From Pseudomonadota bacterium (GTDB lineage: Bacteria; Bdellovibrionota_C; UBA2361; OMII01): a stretch of 64,000 nucleotides of DNA. The stretch spans positions 180 to 64,179 of the forward strand of contig JBDLRS010000033.1 of assembly GCA_039799965.1 (NCBI GenBank). The letters run 5' to 3'. Shown one piece after another: positions 41,466 through 51,800 of the stretch. Position 1 is the first letter of the stretch, and the number at the start of each line of letters is the position of its first letter. Position numbers and translations under genes: made by a program. Under the pieces are notes generated by a model that had not been told where the DNA came from, did not search any database, and saw nothing but the letters and a program-made list of their open reading frames with translations.

Positions 41466-42698
41466 ATGACAGTAAAAATTCACGTTGAAAATCCGGTAGT
41501 GGAGCTTGATGGCGATGAGATGACCCGCGTCATCTGGCAGTACATCCGCGAGAAGCTCATCCTCCCGTTCCTCGAGATCGACATTAAGTACTTCGACCTT
41601 TCCATAGAGAATCGAGACGCCACGAACGATCAGGTCACGATCGACTCCGCTGAGGCTATCAAGGAGTACGGCGTTGGTATTAAGTGCGCGACCATCACTC
41701 CAGACGAGGAGCGAGTGAAGGAGTTCAAGCTCAAGAAGATGTGGAGGTCGCCGAACGGCACTATCCGCAACATCATCGGCGGCACGGTGTTCCGCGAGCC
41801 GATCATTTGCAAAAACGTTCCACGACTCGTTCCTAACTGGACCCAGTCTATCGTTGTTGGTCGTCACGCATTTGGCGATCAATACCGCGCGACCGACTTT
41901 AAAGTTCCAGGAAAGGGAAAGCTCACCATGAAGTTTCAGCCAGCGGATGGCGGACAACCGATCGAGTACGAGGTATTTGATTTCCCAAGTAGCGGTGTCG
42001 CTATGGGAATGTACAATCTCGATGACTCGATTCAGAACTTCGCTCGAAGCTGCTTGAACTACGGACTCGCCAAGAAGCTCCCAACCTACCTCTCAACGAA
42101 GAACACGATCCTTAAGGCGTACGATGGGCGATTCAAGGACATCTTTCAGGCGGTATACGACGCTGAGTTCAAGGATGCCTTCACGAAAGCTGGTATCGAG
42201 TACCAGCACCGCCTCATCGATGACATGGTCGCGTACGCCATGAAGTCGAAGGGCGGATTCCTGTGGGCGTGCAAGAACTACGATGGGGACGTTCAGTCCG
42301 ACTCTATTGCGCAAGGTTTCGGCTCCCTTGGTCTGATGACCTCGGTGCTTATGACTGAAGATGGACGTACCATTGAGGCAGAGGCAGCGCATGGAACCGT
42401 GACCCGCCACTTCCGTCTTCACCAGCAAGGAAAGGAGACCTCGACCAATCCGATCGCGTCGATCTTCGCATGGACAACGGGGCTTAAGTTCCGGGGACAG
42501 TTCGATGGAAATCACGCGCTCGTGAGCTTCGCGAACGCACTTGAAGAGGTGTGTGTCGACGCTGTTGAGAGCGGTAAGATGACGAAGGACTTGGCCCTGT
42601 GCATCTATGGTGACGATCTCAAGCGAGAGCACTACTTGAGCACCGAGCAGTTCCTCGATGTGATTGCGCAGAACCTCTCGAATCGAATTGCGCACTAA
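41466..42698 (+). CDS. icd: NADP-dependent isocitrate dehydrogenase, eukaryote-like homodimeric type of about 410 aa
   Basis: Full-length similarity to IDH1-type enzymes ([32 protein letters not shown]). Confidence 0.9.
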   Translation: MTVKIHVENPVVELDGDEMTRVIWQYIREKLILPFLEIDIKYFDLSIENRDATNDQVTIDSAEAIKEYGVGIKCATITPDEERVKEFKLKKMWRSPNGTIRNIIGGTVFREPIICKNVPRLVPNWTQSIVVGRHAFGDQYRATDFKVPGKGKLTMKFQPADGGQPIEYEVFDFPSSGVAMGMYNLDDSIQNFARSCLNYGLAKKLPTYLSTKNTILKAYDGRFKDIFQAVYDAEFKDAFTKAGIEYQHRLIDDMVAYAMKSKGGFLWACKNYDGDVQSDSIAQGFGSLGLMTSVLMTEDGRTIEAEAAHGTVTRHFRLHQQGKETSTNPIASIFAWTTGLKFRGQFDGNHALVSFANALEEVCVDAVESGKMTKDLALCIYGDDLKREHYLSTEQFLDVIAQNLSNRIAH

Positions 42699-42736
42699 GG
42701 GAGCTGTTTTGAGTCACCGATTTCTCTGACTGGCGG

Positions 42737-43309
42737 CTATCTCGCCTCAATCATCCCCGCAATCATCTCTACCGGCCGCTCGGTATCCCATCGGCGGGCG
42801 CCGACTAATTTAGCGGTAACTACGCCGGTGTCGGGGTCCTGCAAGGTGACGGGAACTCCCAAGCGATCGAGGAAGATCGTGGTAGGAACCTCGTTGATGG
42901 AGAAGTACTGCTTCAGCTCTCCCTGAGGATCAACGATGATGGGGAAGGGAAGCCCAAATCGGTCCGCGAACGCGCGGGCTTCAAAGGGGTCGTTATCGAT
43001 TGATACCCCTATGATTTGAAAGTCAGAGCCCTTCAACGCCACGTCTAGATTTCTGAGAGATGGTGCCTCTTGCGCGCAGTCAGGACACCAAGAGGCGAAG
43101 AAGTGAAGCAACACGATCTTACCGTTATAGTTTGAGAGACTCTCGCGCGGCCCCTGAATGGATGGAAACTCCGTCTGAATGATCTCCTGAAGGCCGTGCG
43201 CATTAGCGTTGAGAGGAGCTTTCGATGAGGAGCAACTCACGAGGGATAAGCTACAGAGTAACGCAAAGGTCGTCGTGAGTAATGATGTGGCAGAGCGGTG
43301 TTTTGGCAT
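42737..43309 (-). CDS. TlpA/ResA-family thiol:disulfide oxidoreductase lipoprotein
   Basis: Lipobox LVSCSS, a thioredoxin fold, and a WCPDC active site. Confidence 0.75.
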   Translation of the reverse strand: MPKHRSATSLLTTTFALLCSLSLVSCSSSKAPLNANAHGLQEIIQTEFPSIQGPRESLSNYNGKIVLLHFFASWCPDCAQEAPSLRNLDVALKGSDFQIIGVSIDNDPFEARAFADRFGLPFPIIVDPQGELKQYFSINEVPTTIFLDRLGVPVTLQDPDTGVVTAKLVGARRWDTERPVEMIAGMIEAR

Positions 43310-43464
43310 GGGGCTTCCTCTAGCGAACTTTGAAGGAGGGAAGATATCCCCTTCTTCATAATGCTCACGCGGCTGTTCGACAAGCGAAATAACTACAACT
43401 GGTGTCTTGGGTGTAAATAGAGGGTCTTTGGCTATCCAACGAAATAAGGAGAAACTTTCAGGTA

Positions 43465-43977
43465 TTAGTTTGAGCTTGCCCCTGACGAGCCTCCCCTCGA
43501 CCTCATATTTGAAAGCAGGAATCCTGCGTCCACCTTAATCATGAGTGATGAACCGTGAACCAGACTGGTAATGCGGGAGACCTCCCTCCAGTCCTCACGA
43601 GCCGATGCGCGCGTAAGGTCATCGAGGAGGGAGTGCTGTCTGCGGATAATCTCTTTGTACGAGGTGATGCGGTTAAGAACGGCTTTATCTTGGACCTTGG
43701 CGGCTCTAATCGATTTGGCAGCGGCCTCAACTGCTCTCTCAAGATTGGAGAGGGCGTCGAACATGAAAGAGAGAGGACGTGCTGTCATAAAAAACTTCAA
43801 AAACCGAACACGCCCCCATATCTGCCTCCAGGGGCAAGGTGCTTCAGGGCACTCGAAGTTGGTCGCGTAACACACTGAAAGCGTTAGTTTTTTGTTGTGC
43901 GTGTGAGGGCGGTGGGCAAGAGGCCGGGTAGGGGATTGAACCTCCTGTAAGGCACTTCGGATAGCCGAAACGGGCAT
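43465..43977 (-). CDS. Hypothetical protein. The conserved-looking part is a predicted helical domain of about 100 aa
   Basis: 170-aa ORF from the supplied track. The N-terminal 60 codons are low-complexity with little coding character, so the true start may be the internal MTARPLSF. No family recognised. Confidence 0.35.
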   Translation of the reverse strand: MPVSAIRSALQEVQSPTRPLAHRPHTHNKKLTLSVCYATNFECPEAPCPWRQIWGRVRFLKFFMTARPLSFMFDALSNLERAVEAAAKSIRAAKVQDKAVLNRITSYKEIIRRQHSLLDDLTRASAREDWREVSRITSLVHGSSLMIKVDAGFLLSNMRSRGGSSGASSN

Positions 43978-43993
43978 GTCACATACGGAGCTG

Positions 43994-44024
43994 ATCTCTT
44001 CATAACTGTTTATGAAGAGTTTTT
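43994..44024 (+). terminator. Hairpin plus U-tract (terminator-like) on the plus strand, 16 nt upstream of the 44040 start codon
   Basis: Perfect 10-bp stem ctcttcataa/ttatgaagag with loop ctgt, followed by TTTTT. Confidence 0.45.
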
Positions 44025-44039
44025 GGAAGGGTATTTGCC

Positions 44040-44906
44040 ATGAAGGTTCGTATTATCCTCTCCCTTGTTGGCTCGTTCCTTGTTGGAGGGGCCTCTGCGT
44101 TCGCACAACAAGAGCTCGCCCCGTATCAGATCATCCCCGATGGCAAGCAATATGAGATTCAGCTTGGTCCGGACCAGAGAAACCTCAAGACTATCTCCGT
44201 CTTCTTCGTCTCGACCGGCAATATGTCAAACGCTGTGCAGATCAATCTCTCAGGGCCCGTCGGTATTCGAGGAACCGCTCGAGGTGGATTTATCGGGGCG
44301 CTCGATGGAGCAACGGCGCTATCGACTAATCATGCGACGATCAAATCTTACGGAATCCGTGAGTACGGTGTAAAGGAGCCGACCTCGAGCTTCGTAACGG
44401 TTTCCACATCTAATCCGTACTACGGATATGCGTCTCCCTGGTTCCATCTGAACAAGGACGCGTGTGGTAAGAAGGGTGATAGGTACATAGCGCAGATTAA
44501 GCTCGATCTCTCGGGAGTTGATCCAGCGTTGTACGATCAAATTTTGTCCATCCAGATCTCGGTGAAGGAGCAGAAATTCTCACGCAAGCCGGTTGCTTCG
44601 ATTAAACCGTCATCCGATGGAAAGTACTTCGGAGAGCCGATCCTTTTGATGAATACCGTTGGATATGGAAACGAGTTCGTCACTAAGAACACGTGGAGAG
44701 GTGGACAGATCGTGGCATCCGTTAAGCTTCCCGTCGTTAAGTACGTCGGCTACATGGGCTACGGACTCTCTCTCATTCGTATCAAGAATGTTTTGAAAGG
44801 TGGCAAGCACACCTGGGATCTTACCAACGGTGGGGAGATATACGGCGTATGTCTTCAAGCTGTTCGGAAGCGTCAGCGTGTTAACGGATACCCTGGCGGC
44901 AAGTAG
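44040..44906 (+). CDS. Secreted hypothetical protein
   Basis: Signal peptide MKVRIILSLVGSFLVGGASAFA. No recognisable family. Confidence 0.45.
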   Translation: MKVRIILSLVGSFLVGGASAFAQQELAPYQIIPDGKQYEIQLGPDQRNLKTISVFFVSTGNMSNAVQINLSGPVGIRGTARGGFIGALDGATALSTNHATIKSYGIREYGVKEPTSSFVTVSTSNPYYGYASPWFHLNKDACGKKGDRYIAQIKLDLSGVDPALYDQILSIQISVKEQKFSRKPVASIKPSSDGKYFGEPILLMNTVGYGNEFVTKNTWRGGQIVASVKLPVVKYVGYMGYGLSLIRIKNVLKGGKHTWDLTNGGEIYGVCLQAVRKRQRVNGYPGGK

Positions 44907-44911
44907 CCGAG

Positions 44912-47900
44912 TTAGGCCGCGCGGTCCGCGAGGAGTTCGGAGTGCATCGCAATCCGCTCCTTAAGGGCCGCTCCCCATGGCGTTTTGGCAGATACCAACC
45001 CTTCAGGAACACCTTCGTAGACGATCTTGCCCCCCTTGTCTCCGGCCTCTGGCCCAAGCTCAATAACCCAGTCGGATTGAGTGATCATGTCGGCGTCGTG
45101 CTCGATGACGATAACCGAATTACCTTGGTCTACGAGCGCGTGAAGCCCCTTCAACAAGAGATCTACATCAAGACGATGCAGTCCCGTAGTTGGTTCGTCC
45201 AGAATGTAGAGGGTATGTCCTTTACGTGATTGGTGAAGCTCGGAGACAAGCTTCAATCGCTGACTTTCACCGCCAGAGAGGGTCGATGACGGTTGCCCAA
45301 GGGTGAGGTACCCGAGCCCAAGGTCGCACGCGAGCTTGCAAATCTGATGGATCTTGCGATGGTTGATAAAGAACGTACGGGCCTCATCAAAGGTGAGTTG
45401 CAGGGATCGGCTAATCGAAAGGTCGCGGAATTTGACGGTGTCCGCCTCAGGGGTGAATCGGCTGCCCATGCAGCTTTCACACGCCACCTTTGCCTCAGCG
45501 AGGAAGCTCATCTCAAGGGTGAGCTCTCCCTGTCCCTTACACGTTGGGCATCGACCCTTGCCTGTGTTGTGCGAGAAAAAACTTGGGCCCCAGCCCCGAG
45601 ACTTAGCCTCGAGCGTTTCGGCGAATACCTTACGGATCTCATCCCAAATGCCAAGATACGACGCCGGAGTTGAGCGAGAGGTCTTGCCGATCGGTTGTTG
45701 GTCGACGATGAGAGATCGATCGATCTTGGTTGAGGTCTCCACCGACCCGTGTCGTCCATCGAACGCTCCCTTCTTGTCAGCGCCTCCATCGAGCGCCTCA
45801 CCGATGACACCGTGAACAAGGGAGCTCTTTCCGGCTCCCGAGACTCCGGCGACGGTCACGAGGCTTCTGAGCGGTACGGTCACGTTGAGAGCTTTAAGAT
45901 TATTCTTCGTCGCCCCTCGAATGGTGAGCTTCTCCTCAGAGGTCAGAGGCTCGCCGTTGACGTGAAGCTCTCGAGTGAGCGCAAGGCCGGTGAGCGAGCT
46001 CTTTGAAGCAACCGCTGCGTTAACGGTACCTTGGAACACGATCTCTCCACCGTGAGTTCCGGCCCCCGGACCAACGTCAATGATCTCCTCGGCCGCGCGG
46101 ATGTTGTCGATCTCGTGCTCAATCTGAATCACGGTGTTGCCGCGGTTCTTCAATTCAACGAGCTTTCCAAGGAGCCTCTTGTTGTCAGCGGGATGGAGGC
46201 CTGCGCTCGGCTCATCAAAGATATACGTAACGCCGCAGAGCGGAGAGCCGATAGCCGTGCCAAGGCGAAGCCGTTGCAACTCACCGTTGGAGAGGGTCGC
46301 GCACTCACGATTGAGTGAGAGGTGGTCGAGCCCAAGGTGTGTGAGGGTGTCCAGCTTGCCGTTGAGCTCCTGAACGATGGGCTCCGCGATGAACGAAAGC
46401 GAGGTAGCGGCGGAGATCTTCTTGAGAGCTTTACGGAGTTCAACAGAGGAGAGCGCCGTAAGTTCAAATATATTCTTATCGAGGAGTCGGATATTTCTTC
46501 CGATCTCGTTAATTCGAGAACCGTTGCACGTCGAGCACACCTTGTTTCGGACGGTGCCGTAGCCATCGCACTTAGGACAGCGGCCACGTCGAGAGTTGAA
46601 CGAGAGATCCTCTGGGTCAGGTTTAAAGAATCCTCGCTGGCAGATTCGACACGTTCGTTCCGAGCTGAATACTCGCTCGCCAGCGGGCCCCACGACGATA
46701 ACCGTACCGCCACCGATACTAAGCGCTTGCTGAACCCCTTCGCTGATAAGGTCCACCGGCATGGTTTTGGCGTTGAAGCGCGCGGTGACGTAATCGATCG
46801 AGTGAATCTTTGTTTTGGCGAGCCCTTCGTCCACGAACTTAGAGGGAGGAGCTATCACATCGTCGACACGCACCTCCGAGATCTCGGTTTCAATCGCTCG
46901 TTGAAACACCGCTCGATGGTGCCCCTTCTTGTTGTTAATGACCGGTGCTAAGAGTCGGATGCTTCCCGAGTACGAGGACTTGATATGCTGCGCTATCTGC
47001 TCGGCAGAAAGTGGTGAGATCGACTCCTCCGGATGGTCAGGACAGTACTGAACTCCGATCTTCGCGAAGAGAAGGCGTAAGAAGTTGTACACCTCGCTCA
47101 TCGTTGAAACGGTCGAGAGCGCGGAGGGCTGGAAGGTGTGTTGATAGACGCATATCGTGGGCTGCACGTGTGAGATGTCGTCGATCGCCGGTTTCTTTAA
47201 TTCCTTGATGAATTGCCGAGCGTAGGGTGAGAGGCAATCGAGGTATCGCCTTTGTCCCTCAGCGTAGAGGATATCCTTTGCGATCGTAGATTTCCCCGAG
47301 CCTGAAACACCGGTCAGGGTGATGAGTGAATTGAGAGGGATGGAGACGTTGATATCCTTAAGGTTGTGTTCCTTCGCGCCCCGAATGTGGATATGCGTTG
47401 CGGGCGCCTTCGGTAAACGCTTGTTCGGCCGCGCTTTGCCTTTGGTAGTTCGGGACCTCTGAGGACGAGCGTATTGCTTCGCGAACTGCGCCAAGTAGTG
47501 CGCGGTAAGACTCTTGCGCCCTGTTGGCCCGATCGGATCTCTAACGAACTCAGCGGGCGTGCCAGCTTTAATAATTTCGCCGCCCTTGGCGCCACCCTCG
47601 GGGCCGAGGTCGATGACCCAATCCGCCGCCGCGATAAGTCGAAGGTTGTGCTCAACGCAGAGGATTGAGTGGCCTTGTTGCCGGAGATAGTGAAAGAGCT
47701 CGATCAGCCGCTCCACGTCTCGCACGTGGAGTCCGGTTGTTGGCTCATCAAAGAGAAAGAGCGAGGTGCCTCGTGCGCCCTCCATGATATGAGGAACGAG
47801 CTTTAAGCGCTGCGCCTCTCCCCCGGAGAGATCGCTAAGTGGGTGTCCGAGCGTGATATGTCCGAGACCAAGCTGCGAGAGCACTCTGCAGACGCTTGAG

Positions 47901-50296
47901 ATGAGGAGGTCCTTTTCAAAGAACTCCCGACACGCGTCGACACTCATCGTGAGTATCTCATGCACGTTCTTTCCGTTGTACTTTACTTCAAGAACCGATG
48001 CTTGAAAGCGCATACCAAGACACGACTCGCACTCCATGAACACATCGCTCAGGAACTGCATATCTTCGCGGATGAATCCGGCCCCCTCGCACGCTGGGCA
48101 CCGTCCTCCAGCGACGTTGAACGAGAACGATGACTTGGAGAGTCCCCGGCCTTTAGCCTCATCGGTTGAGGATAGGAGGTCTCGCACACGGTCCCACATC
48201 TTGGTGTAGGTCGCGATATTGGCGCGAGGTGTTTTTGAGAGCGGTGACTGATCGATAAGAAGAACCTGTCGGACGTGCTGGAACCCGGTCACCTGCGCGT
48301 CGACGGTGCTCTCGCCAGGAATTACCCCGGTGTAGAGTTCGTAGGCGCTCTCAATCACCTCCTTCAGAAGTGAGCTCTTGCCGCTCCCCGATACGCCGGT
48401 GAGGCACACGAAGGATTCGAGCGGAATATCTACGGAGAGTAACTTTAAATTTCTATTACGAGCGTTTCGAATCTCAAGTCTCTTGGCGAAGAGCGGTGGT
48501 GAGTCGTTAAGTTCAAAAGGCCGCATTCCCAGCCCGCTCCACTCCTCTTGAGGTCCACAGAAGGTAACCTCGCCACCTTTTTCCCCCGCTTGAGGGCCAA
48601 GTTCGACGATGGTATCCGCGGCCTCAAGACAATCAGGGTCGTGTTCGACGACGGTCAGCGAGTTGCCCCGATCGGTGAGATCGTGGAGCGCTTTGATAAG
48701 TTCCTCGGTGTCTCGTGCGTGGAGTCCGACTGAAGGCTCATCCAATACAAAGTGAGTAGAGATAAGGTTACTTCCAACAGCGGAAACGAGATTAACGCGC
48801 TGTGTCTCACCACCGGAGAGCGTTCGAGAGAGTCGATCGAGGGTGAGGTAGGGGAGGCCGAGAGAGACGAGGTAGTCCATTCGACTGGAGATGTTTTTGA
48901 ACACCTCAGCGAGCTGTCTGGGGAGCTTCTTCGCCTCCTTGAGCGATTTCTGAAGCGCGGCAAACCATGGCGAGAGTTCATCGAGTGGCATCGACGATAT
49001 CTGAGCGATAGTCTTGCCGTCTATCTTGTACGCCAACGCGTCCGATTTGAGCCTGGTGCCGCCGCACACGGCGCATTCAATCTGACCGCGGTACCGAGCG
49101 AGGAATACACGCACGTGCATCTTGTATTTCTTTCGCTCGAGCCACTGAAACCACGGGTTGATCCCGATGTACGTTCGAGATTTGTGGTTAAAGATCTGAT
49201 CCTGCTGTTCCTTTGAAAGGGATGCCCACGGTGCGTCGACTGGAATTCCTTCACTCTTACAAAAGCTCAGGAGTCTTCGATGCTCATCAGATGCCGAGGG
49301 CCCTTTCCAGCACTCAACCGCGTAGCTCGCGATAGATTTGCTGTGGTCGGGCACGCACTTGTGAGGATCTATAACGAGCACCTTGCCGAACCCGTTACAC
49401 TCAGGACACGCGCCGATCGGATGATTGTACGAGAAGAGAGATGGGCGAGGACGCTCAATAGAGACCTCTCCATCACCGCAGTGGTAGGTATTTTTAAAGA
49501 TGTGGGTCTCGTACCGTTGATGGGGATCGTGCGCCGTTCCCGACACCGGGATTCGAAGCCAGGGGCGGGCCGCGCGGGTTCGCACCTCCGTCACCTCGAC
49601 GGTGCCGTTGCCGAGCGCGAAGCACTGCTCGAGGGATTCCCGAACTCGCTCAGGTGTAAATGAGGAGCTCGAGCATCGGTCGAGGATGATCGAGACCTCC
49701 TTGAGTTTCTTTAGCGGGGGGGAATCCTCCAGATTCTCGAGATTGCCCTTCTTCTTATCGAAGTAGCGGGAGTATCCGAGCATCTGAAGACGATCAAGGA
49801 CCTCCTCTGCGTTTTTTACCCTAAGCCCAAGGAGGAAGGTTGAATCTTTTTTCGCAGCCACCCACTTGCCGAGGAGTGTTGTCAGGGTCGAGGCATCCCA
49901 GCGAGAGAGCTCAAGCCCGCACTCAGGACATACCGGTGTCGCCACGTTGCTCCAGACGATCTTTAGGAAATCGTTGATGTCGGTCATCGATCCAACGGTG
50001 GAGCGGGAGTTAACGATCCGTGTGCGCTGTTGAATCGCGATGGCGGGTCGCACGTTCTCGATCAGATCTACCTTGGGGCGTTTAACCTTGTCGAAGAATT
50101 GCCGAGTGTACGGCGAGAACGTTTCGATGTACCGTCGTTGTCCCTCTGCGTATATAGTGTCGAAGGCGAGGGATGACTTGCCAGAACCGGAGAGGCCGGT
50201 AATCCCGACGAAGGTATCGTGCGGTAGGTCGAGGTTGAGAGCTTTCAGGTTGTTCTCTCGGGCCTGTCGGATGGTTAGTTTTGAGCGCGACGACAT
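44912..50296 (-). CDS. Tandem-fused UvrA-like protein (two complete UvrA units, four ABC ATPase modules)
   Basis: 1794 aa. Four Walker A sites: GLSGSGKSS, GVSGSGKSS, GVSGSGKST and GVSGAGKSS. Each half has LSGGExQR signature motifs and Cys-x2-Cys zinc-module pairs (CPECG, CPECNGFG, CAVCGG, CPACEGAG and others). Each half is about 900 aa, similar to a stand-alone UvrA. Confidence 0.85.
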   Translation of the reverse strand: MSSRSKLTIRQARENNLKALNLDLPHDTFVGITGLSGSGKSSLAFDTIYAEGQRRYIETFSPYTRQFFDKVKRPKVDLIENVRPAIAIQQRTRIVNSRSTVGSMTDINDFLKIVWSNVATPVCPECGLELSRWDASTLTTLLGKWVAAKKDSTFLLGLRVKNAEEVLDRLQMLGYSRYFDKKKGNLENLEDSPPLKKLKEVSIILDRCSSSSFTPERVRESLEQCFALGNGTVEVTEVRTRAARPWLRIPVSGTAHDPHQRYETHIFKNTYHCGDGEVSIERPRPSLFSYNHPIGACPECNGFGKVLVIDPHKCVPDHSKSIASYAVECWKGPSASDEHRRLLSFCKSEGIPVDAPWASLSKEQQDQIFNHKSRTYIGINPWFQWLERKKYKMHVRVFLARYRGQIECAVCGGTRLKSDALAYKIDGKTIAQISSMPLDELSPWFAALQKSLKEAKKLPRQLAEVFKNISSRMDYLVSLGLPYLTLDRLSRTLSGGETQRVNLVSAVGSNLISTHFVLDEPSVGLHARDTEELIKALHDLTDRGNSLTVVEHDPDCLEAADTIVELGPQAGEKGGEVTFCGPQEEWSGLGMRPFELNDSPPLFAKRLEIRNARNRNLKLLSVDIPLESFVCLTGVSGSGKSSLLKEVIESAYELYTGVIPGESTVDAQVTGFQHVRQVLLIDQSPLSKTPRANIATYTKMWDRVRDLLSSTDEAKGRGLSKSSFSFNVAGGRCPACEGAGFIREDMQFLSDVFMECESCLGMRFQASVLEVKYNGKNVHEILTMSVDACREFFEKDLLISSVCRVLSQLGLGHITLGHPLSDLSGGEAQRLKLVPHIMEGARGTSLFLFDEPTTGLHVRDVERLIELFHYLRQQGHSILCVEHNLRLIAAADWVIDLGPEGGAKGGEIIKAGTPAEFVRDPIGPTGRKSLTAHYLAQFAKQYARPQRSRTTKGKARPNKRLPKAPATHIHIRGAKEHNLKDINVSIPLNSLITLTGVSGSGKSTIAKDILYAEGQRRYLDCLSPYARQFIKELKKPAIDDISHVQPTICVYQHTFQPSALSTVSTMSEVYNFLRLLFAKIGVQYCPDHPEESISPLSAEQIAQHIKSSYSGSIRLLAPVINNKKGHHRAVFQRAIETEISEVRVDDVIAPPSKFVDEGLAKTKIHSIDYVTARFNAKTMPVDLISEGVQQALSIGGGTVIVVGPAGERVFSSERTCRICQRGFFKPDPEDLSFNSRRGRCPKCDGYGTVRNKVCSTCNGSRINEIGRNIRLLDKNIFELTALSSVELRKALKKISAATSLSFIAEPIVQELNGKLDTLTHLGLDHLSLNRECATLSNGELQRLRLGTAIGSPLCGVTYIFDEPSAGLHPADNKRLLGKLVELKNRGNTVIQIEHEIDNIRAAEEIIDVGPGAGTHGGEIVFQGTVNAAVASKSSLTGLALTRELHVNGEPLTSEEKLTIRGATKNNLKALNVTVPLRSLVTVAGVSGAGKSSLVHGVIGEALDGGADKKGAFDGRHGSVETSTKIDRSLIVDQQPIGKTSRSTPASYLGIWDEIRKVFAETLEAKSRGWGPSFFSHNTGKGRCPTCKGQGELTLEMSFLAEAKVACESCMGSRFTPEADTVKFRDLSISRSLQLTFDEARTFFINHRKIHQICKLACDLGLGYLTLGQPSSTLSGGESQRLKLVSELHQSRKGHTLYILDEPTTGLHRLDVDLLLKGLHALVDQGNSVIVIEHDADMITQSDWVIELGPEAGDKGGKIVYEGVPEGLVSAKTPWGAALKERIAMHSELLADRAA

Positions 50297-50367
50297 GAGC
50301 GCAATCTACCCCGCGAAGAGTCATCGCCGCAACGATTCGAGGCGCTTTTACGAGCGAAAGGCCGAAA

Positions 50368-51609
50368 GTGAAGTTGACCGTTTCGAGGGACATATTCAAC
50401 AGTTTACCGAAGGTCTTCGGGACTATCCTTTGGCTACCTATCGGTGTGGCAACCCTCGTATGTGGCCTCACAGCCGAGTCCGAAACGGCGGAGCCACGTA
50501 TGTGCGCCGTAACGGAGAGCGCGTTGCGTGAGGCGGCTAGACTACGGGAATTAGCCGCGCAGGTTCCCGTGCCATGTGTCGTTCGTTCTCGGGTCGAGAT
50601 TGAACGTTTTTTGAGGAAGAGTATCGACGAAAAATTCCCAAAAGAGACCCTTGCGATGGAGCAGCTCTGGTATCGAGCCCTTGGTATCGTTCCCGATGAC
50701 TACCCGTACGAGAGGGAGATCGTCCAGGCGTATGTGCAGCAGATTGGGGGATACTACGATCCAGATCGGAAGGAGTTCGTGATGCTCGATACGATGCCTG
50801 GGCAACTTCAGCTTCCGGTAGCGGTTCATGAGCTAACGCATGCGTTGCAGGATCAGAGGTTCGGACTCACTCATTTTTTAGACCCGCAAAGGCGAGAGAG
50901 TGACGAGCTCATGGCCCGAGCGGCCCTTGTTGAGGGGGACGCTACTGCCATTATGCAGGACTTCATGAGCGGTAAGCCCAAAAAAGCTGGGAAAGGTCTT
51001 TCCGAGGTCATCTTGTCTGAGTCGACCATCAAGATCCCTGAGGCCGTAGAACGTATCCTTCTCTTTCCCTACCTTGATGGACTTACCTTCGTGCGTCACG
51101 TGCAACGGTTTGGAGGGATCTCAGCCATAAACGCCGCGTTTTCAAATCCTCCAAAAACCTCTCGCGAGATCCTCCATCCTGAGCAGTATGTGAGTCGCTC
51201 CTTTATTGCCGAGGAGCTCCCTCATGAGCAGGTAGAGCGGACTGTCGAGCGTCCCACTTTGATCTACGAGGACACTGTTGGAGAGTTCGCTGTCTCAGCG
51301 CTCCTTGGAAGCGCCTTATCATCCAAGCAGATAGGCGCCGCGTGCGCAGAAGGATGGAGGCGTGATCGAGTGGTGATATGTAAGGGTGAGGGCGCTTCGC
51401 GATTCGTGTCCTGGATGAGTGAGTGGGATTCTCAAGAGGATTCAGCTGAATTTTATGAATGCTACCGGGAGATGTTAAAGGTCCGGTATCAGAAAAATGT
51501 TGGTGAGGAATTAGTTCCGGTTACTTCCATAAAGCGGATGAAGATATCTCGCTCAGAGCGTAGGGTGTCGGTGGTGGTAGAGCTCTCGGCGGGCGCGGAG
51601 GAGCTATGA
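50368..51609 (+). CDS. Membrane-anchored putative zinc metallopeptidase (HExxH)
   Basis: N-terminal TM, then a periplasmic domain with VAVHELTHALQD (HExxH). Family not resolved. Confidence 0.45.
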   Translation: MKLTVSRDIFNSLPKVFGTILWLPIGVATLVCGLTAESETAEPRMCAVTESALREAARLRELAAQVPVPCVVRSRVEIERFLRKSIDEKFPKETLAMEQLWYRALGIVPDDYPYEREIVQAYVQQIGGYYDPDRKEFVMLDTMPGQLQLPVAVHELTHALQDQRFGLTHFLDPQRRESDELMARAALVEGDATAIMQDFMSGKPKKAGKGLSEVILSESTIKIPEAVERILLFPYLDGLTFVRHVQRFGGISAINAAFSNPPKTSREILHPEQYVSRSFIAEELPHEQVERTVERPTLIYEDTVGEFAVSALLGSALSSKQIGAACAEGWRRDRVVICKGEGASRFVSWMSEWDSQEDSAEFYECYREMLKVRYQKNVGEELVPVTSIKRMKISRSERRVSVVVELSAGAEEL

Positions 51610-51800
51610 CCGCTCGTGCAGTTGAACCACCTCTATGAATCCACATGCCTCATCAAGGTTGGCGATCCTTACGGGCGGTCAGAGCCCGCCCCTCCACATC
51701 CCTAAGGATCCCCGACCTTGGAGAGACCCGCGGCGTGTCATTGTTTGTACTACCTAGGTGAAATTATCGCAGGTCGTTTTCAGACAGTTTCCAGATTATA

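Noticed and set aside
43798-43804. Apparent in-frame TGA inside the 43465..43977 ORF on my manual base count of the A-run at 43800-43803
   Set aside because: The supplied ORF track reads through this position on both strands, which implies one more A than I counted. I deferred to the computed track but flagged the N-terminal third of this ORF as doubtful.
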